NCBI GenBank assembly: GCA_004431415.1
Contig: QPMI01000004.1
Location: 83,503-147,502 of the forward strand
Reading direction: 5' to 3'
DNA: 64,000 nt
Source of the DNA: Cyanophora paradoxa CCMP329
Lineage: Eukaryota; Plantae; Glaucophyta
Part shown: one piece after another, positions 1 to 14,097 of the stretch
Layout: each line of letters begins with the position of its first letter
Numbering within the stretch: the stretch's first letter is position 1
The notes under the pieces: model-generated
What the model was told of the DNA's origin: nothing
Databases searched by the model: none
What the model saw: the letters and a program-made list of their open reading frames with translations, nothing else
Translations under genes and position numbers: made by a program

Positions 1-1053
1 CGTTGAGAGGGGGTGCTTTCTGGGGGGGGGGCTTGGGGGGCACGGCGGGGTCAACAACACGAGGAGGACACAAACAGTGGAGCGGGAGCCGGTAGCCCAC
101 TAAACAGGGGCTGGCCAGCAACTTTTCTATTTCACACCTTGTCTTTCTCTAACTGCTGCATGCTACGAGGATGGAGTAGGGCATTGCCAGCAGAGATTAG
201 GACCTTTCTAACTAGACTTTCGTAGGACTTAGAAATGCAGCAACGTAGACGTCACAGGAAAAGTAGAAATGCAGTTGTAATTAGAATAACTAGATGTATA
301 GGCACAGCACGCAAGAGTCCTCATATTCTCTTCCTGGATACAGTTTTCAGTGAGGGTATGGTCGACGTTACGACTTCATTGTTGTATGGATGTGCTAATG
401 CAAATCAAATCCTGGCGGAGAGAGATGCCATGATGCTGCCGCGCCGAGGCTCAGCCGCTGAGCGGCTCGATGATCATGAGGGGCTCATGCATGATTTCAT
501 TTCAAAGTGCCCGCGGCCGCGGCTGTCACAGTGTACATGTGTGACTCAGTGCGTCACGGCGTGAACTCACTGAATCAGCTTAATGTGATTTATTGCCTCA
601 GGGCCTGCCAGGCCGCTGTGGCTAGCCTAAGTAGTGCTGCATTAATTAGTGGGTCATGACCGTCGGACATCATGGCATAAGACTGTGCAGGCTATAGCTA
701 GGGACCTCAGGGCCTGTTCACGGGTGTCACTGATATATCGATGTCAATTCCAACCTGGCCCAGTGGCGGCACTCAATGACGTGAGTGACAGTGACTACAG
801 GTCCCGCGGGCCCGGATTCAAAATAAAATGATTCACACATTCGGTACACGTAGGCCATGGTGTACATGTGTGGCCCGGCGGCCGTTCCACTCTGTGTCAA
901 TTGCACTCAGTGACTGCGGCAACCTGGCACTGAGTGACTACAGGTTCACAGGTTCACAAGTTCGCCGAGTCGGTAGGCTACAGGTGGGCTCTGATCATGA
1001 GGCTCACGTGCACGAGAGCCTAGCTCTTGTCAGTTGTCAACTGAAAGCTGGCA

Positions 1054-4000
1054 CTAAGAGCAGGCTTGGGAAGCGGGGCTGGGAGGCTCGGTGCTTGGGG
1101 GCAGTGCTTCGGGTGCCGGCTGCTCGCCGGCAGGCGACGCCGGCGGTAGCTCGCTCGAGATCAGACCCGGGGCCCGCGCAGGCGAGATGAAATCCCGAAA
1201 CTGCGGAGCACGGCGGTGAGCCCGAGAGTGCCGAGCGGTTAGCCCGAAGACCCGCGGCACCTGCGAGGCGAGGCGCCCAAACAGCCCGGGGGGGCCCGGC
1301 GGCGAGGCACCCCGCCCACCCGCGGCGTCGCCTGCTGCCTCTGCCCCGTACGCAGCGGCCTGGTACCCCGGCGGATCGGCGTCCCGGGTGGCGCGGGGCC
1401 GCGGAGCTCCGCCGCCGCCCCGGAGGGGCCGCACAACCCGCCCCCCACCGCCGCCGCCGCCCATCCCCTGCTTCAGGACGCTCACCTCCCGCTGCAACCT
1501 GCGGGCCGGTCGGTTGCGGCGGGGGATGGGCGGGGCGGGGCGGGGCGCGCCGCTCGGAGCGCTCGCGGTAGACGGCGACTTGCGCGCGGGCGTCGCCGAG
1601 GAGCGCCTCGAGGGCCGCGGCGCGCTCGGCGGCGGCGGCGGCCTCGGCGCGCTGCCGCTCGCAGAAGGCGCGCAGCTGCTCGAAGGCGGCGGCGGCGTGG
1701 GCGGCCTCCTCGCGGCGGCGCTCGGCGCGGTGCTCCGCCTCGCGGGCGCGCGCCTCCAGCGCCGCCTCGCGGTCGCGGCCCTCGTCGACGGCGATCTCGA
1801 GCTCGAGGGCCCGCTCCGAGCGCTCCCGCATCTCCGCCAGCACCCGCGCCCGCAGCTCCCCCGCCGCCCCCTCCGCCCGCGCCAGCTGCTCCCGCACCGC
1901 CCGCAGCTCCCCCTCCACCCGCTCCAGCTCGCCGTGCCGCCCCGCCCCCGCCTCCAGCTGTTCCACGTACCCCCGCACCGCCTCCTGCCGGCCCCTCAGC
2001 GCGGCGGGGGCGGGCGCGGCGCGGACGGCGGGCCGGACCGGGGCGGAGGCGAGGGCGGCGGCGAGGTCGGGGGGCGGGGCGTGTGCCCCCGGGGCCGGAG
2101 CTCGAGCTCGAGGGCGGCGACGGCGGCGCCCCCGCCGGCGACGGCCCCTCGAGGGCCTCCACGGCGCGCCGCAGCTCGGGCCCCGCCAGCGCCAGCGGCT
2201 CCCCCGCGAGGCGCCGGTACCGCTCGAGGCGCGCCGACTGCGCCCGCAGCTCCTCCCGCAGGCCCTCCGCCTCCGCCCGCGCCGCCTCGGCCTCCTCCCG
2301 CTCCTGTCCCCCGGCCCCGTCGCCCTGCCGCCGCCTCCCCCGGGCGGAAGGGACGCACGCGGGCGGGGCGGAGAGGGCGGCGTCGAGGGCAGCACGGAGG
2401 GCGGCGGCGTCGGCCTCGCGCCGCTGCGCCTCGTCCGCCTGCGGGGGCGCGTCGGGCGCGGCGCGGCGGGCCGTTGCGCCGCCCGGGCGCACGAGGTCGG
2501 CGATCTGCTCGAGGAGCGAGTCGTTGACGTCGCGCGCCTCCTGCAGCCGCGCCTCCCGCTCCCGCAGCGCCCCTCCAGCTCCCCCGCACGCCCTGCCGCC
2601 CGTCACCCGCCCCGCCCCGCCCCGCCCCGCCCGGCGCCCCGCGCACCCTCGAGCTCCGCGACGGCGGCGGCGGGGGGCCGGGGCGGCGGAGGCGCCGGGG
2701 CCCTCGAGGGCGGCGAGGCGGGCGCGGCAGCGGGCGAGCTCGGCGTCGGCGGCGGCGAGGGCGCGCTGCAGGTCGGCGGCGCTCCGCTCGCGGTTGACGG
2801 TGGCCCGGTTGGTGATGCACTTGGCGCGGGCCCCGAAGCGGAGCGTGGAGAGGGTCTCCGCCTCGTTGAAGGCGGCGGGGGAGGCGCAGCAGACGAGCGC
2901 CGTCCGCGAGTTGCCCCCGAGCGCCTCCTGCAGCACCCGCGTCAGCTTCGAGTCCCGGTACGGCACGTGCCCGCCCTGCGCAGCGCCCGTCAGGCGACGC
3001 GCTTGTCGCGGCTGGCGCGGGGCGGCGGACGCGGCCGTCGGTGAGGGCGTTGATGACGTTGCCGAGGGCGGAGAGCGAGCGGTTGATGTTCTTCGCCTCC
3101 TCCAGGGCCTGGCCCTCGGCCCCCGTCTTGCCTACCTTCTCGGAGCCGGCGAGGTCGACCAGGTGCAGCTTCCCGCTGCGCGTCCCCGCCTCGCTGCGCT
3201 GCACGATGCTCACCACGAGTACCGCGTGCGACCGCGAGCTCTCCGCGTTCATCCCTGCCCGCCGTCGGCCGCGCCGCGCGGCGGGCGGGGGGCGCGGCGC
3301 ACGGGTGGCGGCGACGGCGCGGTTGGCGGCCCCCTCGCGCATCAGGTCGAGCACCTCCGCCTCGGAGGAGACGTAGATCTCGGTCGCCCCCTCGACCCAG
3401 ACGCCCCGCCCGCGCTCCTCCCGCACCGCCAGGCCCTCCCGCCCCGCTGCCGCTCGCCGTCGGTCCCAGCGCGCCCGGGGCCGGGGCCGGTCCGGAGCCG
3501 CGCACGGTCGAAGAGGTCGCGGATGCGCTCGAGGTAGATCTCGAAGTAGGAGACCTTGACGAGGAACTCGGTGCCGGCGTCCGCGCGCTGCACCCCCTCG
3601 AAGACGCCCTCCACCATCCGCGGGATGACCCCCCGCAGCTCGCTGTCCTCAATCGAGGGGCCCTGCATCGTGTGCGTCTTCCCGCTCGACGTCTGCCCGT
3701 AGGCGAAGACCGTCCCGTTGTAGCCCTGCAGCACGTCCTCCACGATCGGCCGCGCTGCGTACTCGTACACCTCCTCCTGCGTGCACGACTCTCCGAACAC
3801 CCGGTCGAACGTGAACGTGTGCTTCTCGTTGGTCGTCCCCTGCGCGACGTCGGCGGGGCGCCGCTCGCCAGACTGATGCAGCGAACGCGCCTGGAACCGT
3901 ACGGACTGCCCGTCGGAGCCCAGCTCGATGCACGCTGCGCCGCCTTTGGCGAGCTCCGACGCATTCTGCGGCCTGTACCGCGCGCGTGAGAGCGCGCGGG

Positions 4001-4121
4001 CGAGAAGCGCTGCGGCGGACCTGAATCGTGCGAGCACGCATATATTGTTCGCGTCGCGCTTCTCCTTAGCGCCGCCATTCGCAGGGGCGCTTCGCGCTTC
4101 GTTGGGCCGCTGCGGTCGCAT
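1054..4121 (-). CDS. Kinesin-1 (conventional kinesin heavy chain), multi-exon
   Basis: Motor motifs across exons: [14 protein letters not shown] (P-loop), NAESSRSH (switch I), LVDLAGSE (switch II), [12 protein letters not shown] coiled-coil stalk follows, then C-terminal RVVRPLRGG resembling the kinesin-1 IAK autoinhibitory motif. Stalk exon boundaries are uncertain. Confidence 0.9.
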
Positions 4122-4322
4122 CGCGGGCCCAGGGGACCACCTGATGATGCTGAGGTGCGCTTCTCGCAGCCAAACTTAGCAAACTCAGCGGCCTGGCTGC
4201 GGCGGCAATGCGAGCAGTTCACTGGGTACAGCTCACTCGTTCGTTCCAGCGTGCGTCAACCGTTCAGCCTAGGTCCTCGCTTGATGCCTAACGCGTTCGC
4301 CAGTTTATTCTCAAGAAGGCCG

Positions 4323-5622
4323 ATGGGGCTCCAGTCCGCCGACCCGCCGGTGCGCCGTCGTCGTGCAGTGTTTTTCGGCGCGGGCTAAAGTCGCCCCGCG
4401 CGCGACGCACAGGCGCCCGGTTCGTCCGAGATTGTCCACGCCGCGGTGCGCTGAACTGCGCTGCGTGACACCCAGCAGGCGCGCCTCTTCAAAAGAAGCC
4501 AGTGCCGGCAAGCACGCTCGCAGCGGGCGCCCTCATGCAAGTCATCGAGGTTTCGACCCTGGTCCGCGATCGCGCGCGGCCCTCGCAGCCGGGCATCGGC
4601 CCTCCGCTGCGCAGCCCTCGCAGCTCGGCAGCTAAATATCCGCAGGGGCAACCCTTTGAGGTCATGAAGACGCACATGGCGGCCAATCGAGGCGACAACA
4701 TCCCCACAACTCTCAAGAAGACGTGGCAACGCGGCGGTGTGCTCGGCTTCTACCAGGGCTTGATCCCGTGGGCATGGTGAGCGGCGCGCGTCAACGGCGT
4801 TATCGCCAGGGCAGAGCACGCCGACTGACACCTCCGCGCGTCCACCCAGGATAGAGGCAGCGACGAAGGGCGCGGTTCTCTTCCTGACGCAAGCTGAGGT
4901 TGAGTACCGGATGAAGCGCGTCGGTTACGGCCACGCGGCGTCGAGCACGGTGGGCGGGATGGCGGGCGGCGTCGTCCAGGCGTACGCAACGATGGGGTTC
5001 TGCACTTTCATGAAGGCGCGGCGCCCCGGCGCCCCGCCAGCCCCGCGCCGGCGCCGACCCCAGGCCGGCAGACGGTGGAGGTGACGCGGCACAAGGCGGG
5101 CGGGGAGGCGGAGTCGTCGATCAAGATCGCGCGGGACATCCTCGCGCGGGAGGGCATCGCGGGCCTGAACAAGGGCGTCTCGGCGGTGGCGCTGCGGCAG
5201 CTCACGAACTGGGGCTCCCGCTTCGGCATCGCCCGCCTCCTCGAGGACGCGATGCGCAAGCCCAACGGGGAGCCCCTGTCCGTCGGGGACAGGATCACGG
5301 CGGCCGCCGTGGGGGGCGCCCTCGGGTGCTGGAACCAGCCGTTCGAGGTGATCCGCGTGGAGATGCAGTCGCAGGTGAAGAGCGCCGACCGCCCCGCCAA
5401 CATGAACGTCTGGACCGCCGCCAAGTATATCCACTCCAAGAGCGGCTTCATCGGCTTCTACCGCGGCGTCACGCCCCGCATCGGCCTCGGCGTCTGGCAG
5501 GTGCCCCCGCCCGCCCCCGCCGTGCCTCCGGCGCCTTCGAGAGCGCGCGCGCGCGCCAGACGGTGTGCATGGTGGCCGGGGGCGAGGAGCTCAAGAAGAA
5601 GATGGCCGTCTGGATGGCATGA
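4323..5622 (+). CDS. YHM2: Mitochondrial carrier (SLC25), citrate/2-oxoglutarate carrier YHM2-type, multi-exon
   Basis: Spliced peptide [16 protein letters not shown]...[22 protein letters not shown]...[15 protein letters not shown]...[13 protein letters not shown]...[20 protein letters not shown], with Px[DE]xx[KR] carrier signatures. Confidence 0.88.
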
Positions 5623-5734
5623 TTGCCGCCTATAGCTAGGTGGAACTTTCGAGCACGCGTGTGACTCTAAAATCTGTATCGTATGTGACTCCCATGAGGC
5701 GAAAAAAAGCGACATCGCTTGACCGCGCGAGGGC

Positions 5735-7481
5735 CTACGTGGATGCCCGGGCGAGACTCGCAGCGTTCGCGGGGGCCGGCGCTGCAGGGGGAGGGGGCCC
5801 TCGCGGGCAGGCTGCTGCTGCTGCGGCGGCGGCGGCGCGCTCGGAGAGGGCGAAGTGGCGGCGGAGGAGGGGCCGGACGTCCGGGGCGGAGGCGAGGGCG
5901 TCGAGGAGGGGCAGGAGGCGGAGCAGCTCGGCGTCGGCGGGGTCCTCGAACCAGGACTCGATGGGCACGCCGTTGTCGGGCTGCAGGGCGAAGGCCTGCG
6001 GCGAGTTGTCCACGATGACGGTGCGGGCGAGGTCGCGGCCGAGGCAGGCGAGGTCCTTCACGTAGTTGCCCTCCACCAGCACGCACGAGTCCCGGAAGAC
6101 CCGGTGCCGCACCAGGTTGCGGTGCGGGTCCAGGATGTTCAGCAGCTTGTCGGCGTAGACGCGCTGCGAGGCCGTGAAGACGACGACCTCGAAGGCGCGG
6201 CTGCAGCGCTCCATGAAGAGGTCGAGGTGCGGCCGCTTGCGCACGAAGACGTCGTAGTCGACCCCGTTGAAGTGCACGGGGAAGGCCACGTCGTAGCGGC
6301 CCTCCTTCTCCGTCGTCGCGTGCACCAGCGTCTCTGCGGCAGCGCCCTCAGGGCAGCGCGAGGGCGACGCAGGGGGGCGACCGCACCGTCGAGGTCGAGG
6401 ACGAGCGTCACGGGGGGCGCGGCGAGGGACTTCTTGGGCAGGCAGAGGGGCTGGGGTGGGGAGGAGACGTGCCCGGCCTGCAGGCGGGCGATGAAGAGGT
6501 AGCTGCGCAGCCGTGTCAGGCCCGCGGCGGGCAGCGGCCCTCCGCCGAAGCCGCGCACGGGTCGAGCTCGTCCCCTTCGGCCTCCGCGCTTGGTGCCGGT
6601 GCCGGGCTGGGGCCAACCTCGACATCCAGCGCGCAGGGGGGAGGGCAGGAAGGGGCAGGGGGCGGGGGCTCCAGGTTCGCATGGGCTGCGACTGCAACAG
6701 CCGTCAGCATGCATGCAAGGGGCGCCACAGGGAGCCATGGGCGGGCACCAGGGCTGTGCACGCTGAACACGTCGCCCATCTCCTCGTCGCACTCCACCAC
6801 CGCGCTAGCTTCGAAGTCCGCAAGCGCGCCCGGCCGCGGCCGCGCCGACTCCACTGAGTCCAGGTCGTTGTCCGCCAGCCCTAGGTAGCTGAAGACGGGC
6901 GAGAAGAGGGAGTTGAGAACGCCTTCGGGTGGAGGGCTGAAGCTGGTGCTCTCATCAGGCAACGTGATTCTGTCTCCGTTGTCGTCCCCCGGAGAGCGCG
7001 GCGCAGGCGGGCGGCGGGCAGGCTGTATCGAAAAGTACTCGGTCAAGCTCCGCTGAGCGGCCCCTGAAGCGATCGCGCCGGCCCTGGCCGGACCCAGCTT
7101 TCTGTCGGCTGCGGCATTGATGTCAGAGACGGCGGCGGGGTTGCCGTGTCCCGGGGACGGCACCCTTGGCCGCGCCCGCGCCGACGTTGAATGACTTGGC
7201 CCGACGCGGTTTTGAGGAGCTGATGAACGCGTCCGGTGCTGTCGTACGCTGCTTCTTGCGCTCGGACGCCGTGTTCGCAGGGGGCTGCGAGTTCTGAGCG
7301 AGAGTAGCAGCAGAATGGAGTAGAGGGGCACCTGCGGCTGTGGGCTGGGGCGCAGGAGCTGCGAGAACAGGGAGAAGATCGACGGGCCGCCTCCATGACG
7401 CGTTTCAGAGCATGCGAGTTCAGATACGCAAGCGGTGCCTGCCTCCAAGGCCTCCGTCGGCGCGGCGCTCTTGCCGTCCAT
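5735..7481 (-). CDS. CTD small phosphatase-like (SCP/NIF, CTDSPL2-type) HAD phosphatase, multi-exon
   Basis: LVLDLD/ETLVH catalytic motif split by an intron; VRKRPH, VVFTASQRVYADKLL, YVKDL..LGRDLARTVIVDNSP, NGVPIESW. N-terminal exons are approximate. Confidence 0.88.
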
Positions 7482-7759
7482 CGTTCAGCCGTACCCCAGC
7501 TTAAAAAAACCTCTAACTTTGTCAACCCGCATGGCCCTCCAGAGCGCCGGGGACGCGCGCTGGGAGACCGGAGGAAGGCGCACTCACGCCCCCAAAGCGG
7601 TGCGCGCTGCGCTCCATCGATCTGCCTCAAACCTCGAGCACCCGTCCTCGCAGCCGTGGGGGGCGAGCGACGGTGCAATATTAGAGAACAGTGCCGCGGC
7701 AGGGACCGCCCTATCCGCAACGCACGTCTTCCAGCACCGCGGAGCCGTGGGCCGCGAGG

Positions 7760-10700
7760 ATGCCACGCCGCGGGACGCCACGCCGTCGGTAGAGGCGCGC
7801 CTGCCGCACGCACAGCCGCCTTGGCGCCGGCCGACGCCGTGCAGGAGCTGCTGGCCTTTGCCGAGTACCTCGGGGTGCGGGTCGAGAAATACCCGTCGCT
7901 CTCCTGGGTCGCGGTGGCGGCGTACTTCTCGCCCCTGCCGGCGGGATGGTCGGAGCACGCAGACGCCGATGGCAACGGCTACTACTACCGTGCGCCGGTG
8001 CCGCGGGGACAGGCGGGCCGGCGGCCCTGACGCGCGGGGCAGACGAGCCGTCGGACCGGAGCCAGCGGGAGCACCCGCTGGATGAGTACTTCACGAAGGC
8101 GCGTTGCTTCCGCGGCGCCGCGGGCCGCGCTGACCCCGCGGCAGCTCTACGCGGAGGAGAAGGCGCTCCTGAAGGCGGAGGAGCGGGGGCGCGACGGCGG
8201 CGCCGAGGCGCTCCCGCGCACCGCCCGGCGGCACCTGCTCCAGCGCTCCAGCGCGCCCGCCCCGCCGTGCACGCCGCAGGAGGTGCGCCGCGGCGCTCTC
8301 GGGCGGCCGCCGGGGCCCGGGGGCGAGGGGGCGGGGGGCGGCAGGTGCGGCGGGTGGCGGGGACGCTGGGGCTGGAGCTGCCGCGGCACGCGGCGATGGC
8401 GTGGGTGGCGCGCGAGGCGGCGGACTTCGTGCCGCTCGGCTGGCGCAAGGAGCCGGACGGGGAGGGCGGGGCCTTCTACCGGCACGAGCGGACGGGGCTG
8501 GCGATGCGGGAGCACCCGGCGCTCATCCACTTCCTCTCCAAGGTCGAGGTCTGCAGGGCGGGGGACGACCCCTTCGCCGGCAAGCCCCGCGCCCTCTACT
8601 GCTTCGCCACCTTCCCCGGGCCCGCGCCCCGCGCCGCCACCTCCGCCTGGCTCCAGTTCGACTCCCCCGAGGGGCCCTTCTACTACGACGTCGTCCACGA
8701 GCAGAGCGTCCGCTCCGACCCCCGGCCCCTCTACCGCCGCGTGCGCCCCCGGCCCCGCCCCCGCCGTCCCGGCCGCCCCGCCGGCCCACGGCGCCCCGCA
8801 GAGCCTCGCGGCGACCAAGCTGCAGGCCGCCGCCCGCGCCCACGTCGCCCGCCGCGCCCTCGCCGCCCTCCGCGCCCGCCGCCGCGCCGTGCGAGACGCC
8901 CGCCCGCCGGCCGCCGGCGGCCGCGCGACGGCCCCGCGCAGGAGGCGGTGGAGGAGGCGGCGCGGGCGATGGAGCAGCGCGCCGCTGCCGCCCTCCGGCG
9001 CCTCGCCGACGCCGAGGGCCCACCCCGCCCGCCCCCGCCGGCCCCGCCCCCGGCACTCCGACGGCCGGACAGGAGGGCGAAGGCGCCGGTGCCCCCTCGC
9101 GGGGCGGGCCACTGGAGGCGGCGGCGGTGAGGGCGAGGCGCGGGGCACGCGGCGGGCGGGGTCCGACGCGGGGCGCAGGGGGCGCTGGAGGGCGGGCGGC
9201 GGCGCTGCGGGCGGCGCTGCGGGCGGCGGCGGGCGGGCGGGAGGCGGAGCTGGAGGCGGCGGCGCGGGCGCGGCGGGAGGCGGCGCAGGGGCGGGCGGAG
9301 GCGGCGGTGGCGGCCATGCGGGTGCGGGCGCCCTCGTGCGGGGCGGGGCGGGCGGGGTCCGACGGCGGCCGCGCAGGAGGCGCTGGAGGGCCACGCGCGC
9401 CGCTGCCGCGCCGCCGTCGACGCCGCCCGCCGCCGCCTGCGCGAGGCCAACGCGCCCCTCGTCGCCGCCGCCTGCCGCGCCGCCGCCGCCCGCCGCCGCC
9501 TCCTCGCCGCCCGCCGCGCGGCCCTCGTGCTGCAGGCCGCCGCACGCCGGCGGGCCGCCCGCGCGGAGCGCGGCCGGCTGCGCATCGCGGCGGGGCGGGC
9601 GGTGACGGAGGCGGCGCGGGCGGGCGCGGCGCGGGCGCTGCAGGCGGCGTACCGAGGCCACCTCGCCCGCTGCCTACGGACCGCCCTCGCCGCGGCTGCG
9701 GAGGCGGAGGGGAGGTTACGGCGGCGGGGCGGGCGGAGGAGGACGAGGGCGGGGCCGCTCGCGGGGAGAGGAGCGGGGCGGCCCAGCGGGCGAGGAGGAG
9801 GCCCGCGAGGCGGCGGAGGCCGTCCTCGCCCTCGCAGCCGCCGCAGCCGCCGCCGCCGTGGCCGCCGCGCCGGCCGCCGTCGGGGCCTCGGCTCCCGAGC
9901 ACGCGCCGGCGTCTTTGGCGGCATCGGGCGCCGGGGGCTCCCGCGTCGCTGCGGCCTCTCCCGCGGCCGCGGCAGCGGCCGCCGGCTGGGAGGCGTGCGG
10001 GGCGCCCGCTCTGCCGTCTAGCGACGAGGAGCGCGCGATCGCGTCGGCCGCCGCGTGGGCCGCCGGCCGCGCCGCCGACGCCGCTGCGGCTGCGGCGGCG
10101 GGACGGGAGGCCTCCCCCGCAGGGCGGCGGCCCCGGACGGCGGTGGCGCGGGAGGCAGCCTCGGCGCTGGTCGAGGAGGCCCTCGCGGAGGCGGCCCGGG
10201 CCCCGCCGCCCCGCCACCCCGCCGCGGCCGCATGGGCCGCCGCCCGGCGGGGCCCGGCACCGTCGACCACTTCCCCCTGCCCCGGGGGGTCCCCGCCAGG
10301 CCCGCCTCCTCAGCCCCGTCTGCGTCGACGGGCTCGCGGCCCTCGACGGCCCCAAGCGGGCCGCCACTCGCTTCGCGCGCTGCCGAACCGCTCGACCCGG
10401 AGGCGGGGTGGAGGGCGGTGCGGCGGCGGCCGTGCAGGCGGCGTGGCGCAGGCGGGCGGCGCGGCGGGCGCTGGGTGCGGCGCGCAGGGCGGCGACGGTG
10501 CTGCAGGCAGTGTGGCGGGCGGCTGCGGCCCGCGCGGCCGTCCGCCGCGCGCTGCTGCGCCGCGACGCCGCCACCATCGCTCAGGTGGGCACGTTCCATT
10601 GGCGTGCTCCGACGTCGCGTGACCCCCGCAGGCGGCCTGGCGCCGTGCCCTCGCGCTGCGCCGGCGCCGGCGCCTCGCGGCGGCGGCGGAGGGGGCGCGC

Positions 10701-12303
10701 GAGGCGGCGGCGGTGGCGATCCAGGCGGCCTTCCGCATGCGCCTCGCCCGTGTGAGCGCCGGCCCGCCTCCCGCCCCCGCTGCCTGCGCCGAGGGCGCCG
10801 CGCAGCTACGCCCCGCGGAGCACCTGCGGGAGGAGGCCGCGCGGGTGGTGCAGCGGACGTGGCGCGGCTTTGCGGCCCGCTCGCTGGCGGGCGCGCGGCG
10901 GCGCCGTCGCCTCGACGCGCTGAGATCGGTGCGGGCGGCGGTGCGCGCTGGAGCCGGCCCCGCGCTGACGGCCGCCCCGGGGCGGCGGGGCAGCGGGCGG
11001 CGAGCTCGCTGTACTGGCTCTACTGGGGCCGCGCCGTGCGCCGCTGGCTCCCCGCGGCGACGGCGTACCGGGCGGCGCTGTACCGGCACGCGGCGGCGGT
11101 GTGCGTGCAGGCGGCGTGGCGCTCGGCGGCCGCCCGCCGCCGCTTCCTCCACGAGGCCGAGATGCGCGCCGTCTTCCGCCGCGTCCAGCTCAAGGCCCCG
11201 CCCCGCCACGCCGCCCGCGCTCCGCCCGCTGACGCCGGGGCGCAGTGGCTGCACGGCGCCCTCGCCCCGAGGTCCTCCGCGTCCACATGCGCCACCTCGC
11301 CCAGCGCGCCCGCCTCGCCCCACCCCTCGCCCCGCCCGCCCCGGCCCGGCCTTGCGCCCGCCGGCCCGCTCCCCGCGGCGCCGCGGCCGCCGGGCCCCGG
11401 GGAGGCGGGGACGTGGAGGGGCGGCGGGCGCGGCTGCGGGAGCAGCGGCGGCTCCTCGGCGTCCTCGCCCGCGTTCCCTTCCTCCCCTCCATGCGGGTGC
11501 GCCGCCGGCTGTTCCGGGGCCCGCCCCGCGCCCCTCACCGCCGCTGCAGCCGCACCTTGGGCCCCTCGGCGACATCCCCTCCCTCGCCGCTGCCGCCGCC
11601 GCTGCTGCCACCGCCGCCCCCTCCCTCCCTGCTGATTTTCGCCGCCTGCCCTCCCCGCCTCCCGCTGGCCGCCGCCGCCGCCCCGCCCTCGCCGCGGGCC
11701 GAACGGCCCCACCCGCGGCCCCGAAGCGCATCCCTCGACCGGCGGCTCCAGCGGGGCGGCGCTGGGGCCACCTTCCCGCCGCGCGGCGTGTCGGCCTCGC
11801 GCAGCGCCCCCTCCTCGAGGCTGCGCCCGGGCCCTCCGCCCTCGCCCCCAGGTGTGGCCCCGCCGCCGCCCCGCCGTAGCCCGCCGACCCGCGGCTGCCA
11901 CGCAGCGCGTCCGCGCCGCAGCTCCCGCGCCCCGTCCGCCGCGCGGCGCCGCGGCGCGTGTGGGAGGAGGCGGGCCCGGACCCTCGCGCGGATCTGCCCC
12001 GCTCGCCCCCCCGGAGCGCCCGCCTTCGGTGCTCTCCCCCGAACGCTTGGAAGGCGCTGCGCTGATTTGGGGGCAGACGTGCGGGCGGCGGCGCGGCGCG
12101 CGGCGGCGGAGTGGGCCGTCGCGAAGTACGGCCCCGCCGGGGCGCCCCGCCTCCCCGCGGGGGGCGAGCAGCACTGGGCCGCCTCCGACGAGGCTGCGCC
12201 CGCGGCGGTGCGCAGACGGGGCAGACCTGCCGCCAGCGGCTTCCTACCCCCCGTCAAGGGCGCTGCCCGCGGGCGGCTACTGCAAGCGGGCCCCCGCGCG
12301 TGA
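7760..12303 (+). CDS. WW-domain (CEP164-like N-terminal module, two copies) plus multiple IQ-motif protein, multi-exon
   Basis: AFAEYLGV..YPSLSWVA..SPLPAGWSEH..GNGYYY..REHPLD and MAWVAREAADFVPLGWRK..GAFYRH..MREHP. Repeated IQ-like motifs (KLQAAAR, ALQAAYRG, AVQAAWR, AIQAAFR, VVQRTWRG, CVQAAWR). Start and exon structure are uncertain. Confidence 0.6.
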
Positions 12304-12509
12304 TGTTCGAAAAACCCGCGCTCCATTGACACCGCCACCAGTCCTTGAAAACACTAAGGTAGTGCTTTTTTTGGGGGGGGGGGGGGGGGGGGGAGGGGGG
12401 GGTGCGAATGAGAGCATTGGCTCCTTGCAACACCGCCCGCGTGTACAATCCGGAGAACAATCTCTTTTAATTCACTACAACGACAACCACCGGCGGACAA
12501 CTGAGTCCA

Positions 12510-13925
<1,416 letters not shown>

Positions 13926-14097
13926 TCTTGCGGAGTGGCCTGCAACGCCGGGCGATCAGCACAACAGGACCAGAGTTGTATCTAACGCCGAGCCACCGGG
14001 CCAGAGCCTCAGATATCGCACCTGGGACCCGCCGCAAAAAGCGCCTGCCCGGGTACAGCCGCAAGAGCAGGGAAAGTATACCCGGGCTCGGATCGAC

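Noticed and set aside
1-1030. G-run and degenerate gtgact/cagtgac repeats at the window start as a retroelement end
   Set aside because: It is non-coding and repeat-like, but no tail, TSD or terminus is identifiable within the window.
1037-12338. Long overlapping Arg/Gly/Pro/Ala-rich ORFs of 300-780 aa on both strands
   Set aside because: These are shadow frames of extremely GC-rich intron-containing genes, where stop codons are rare.
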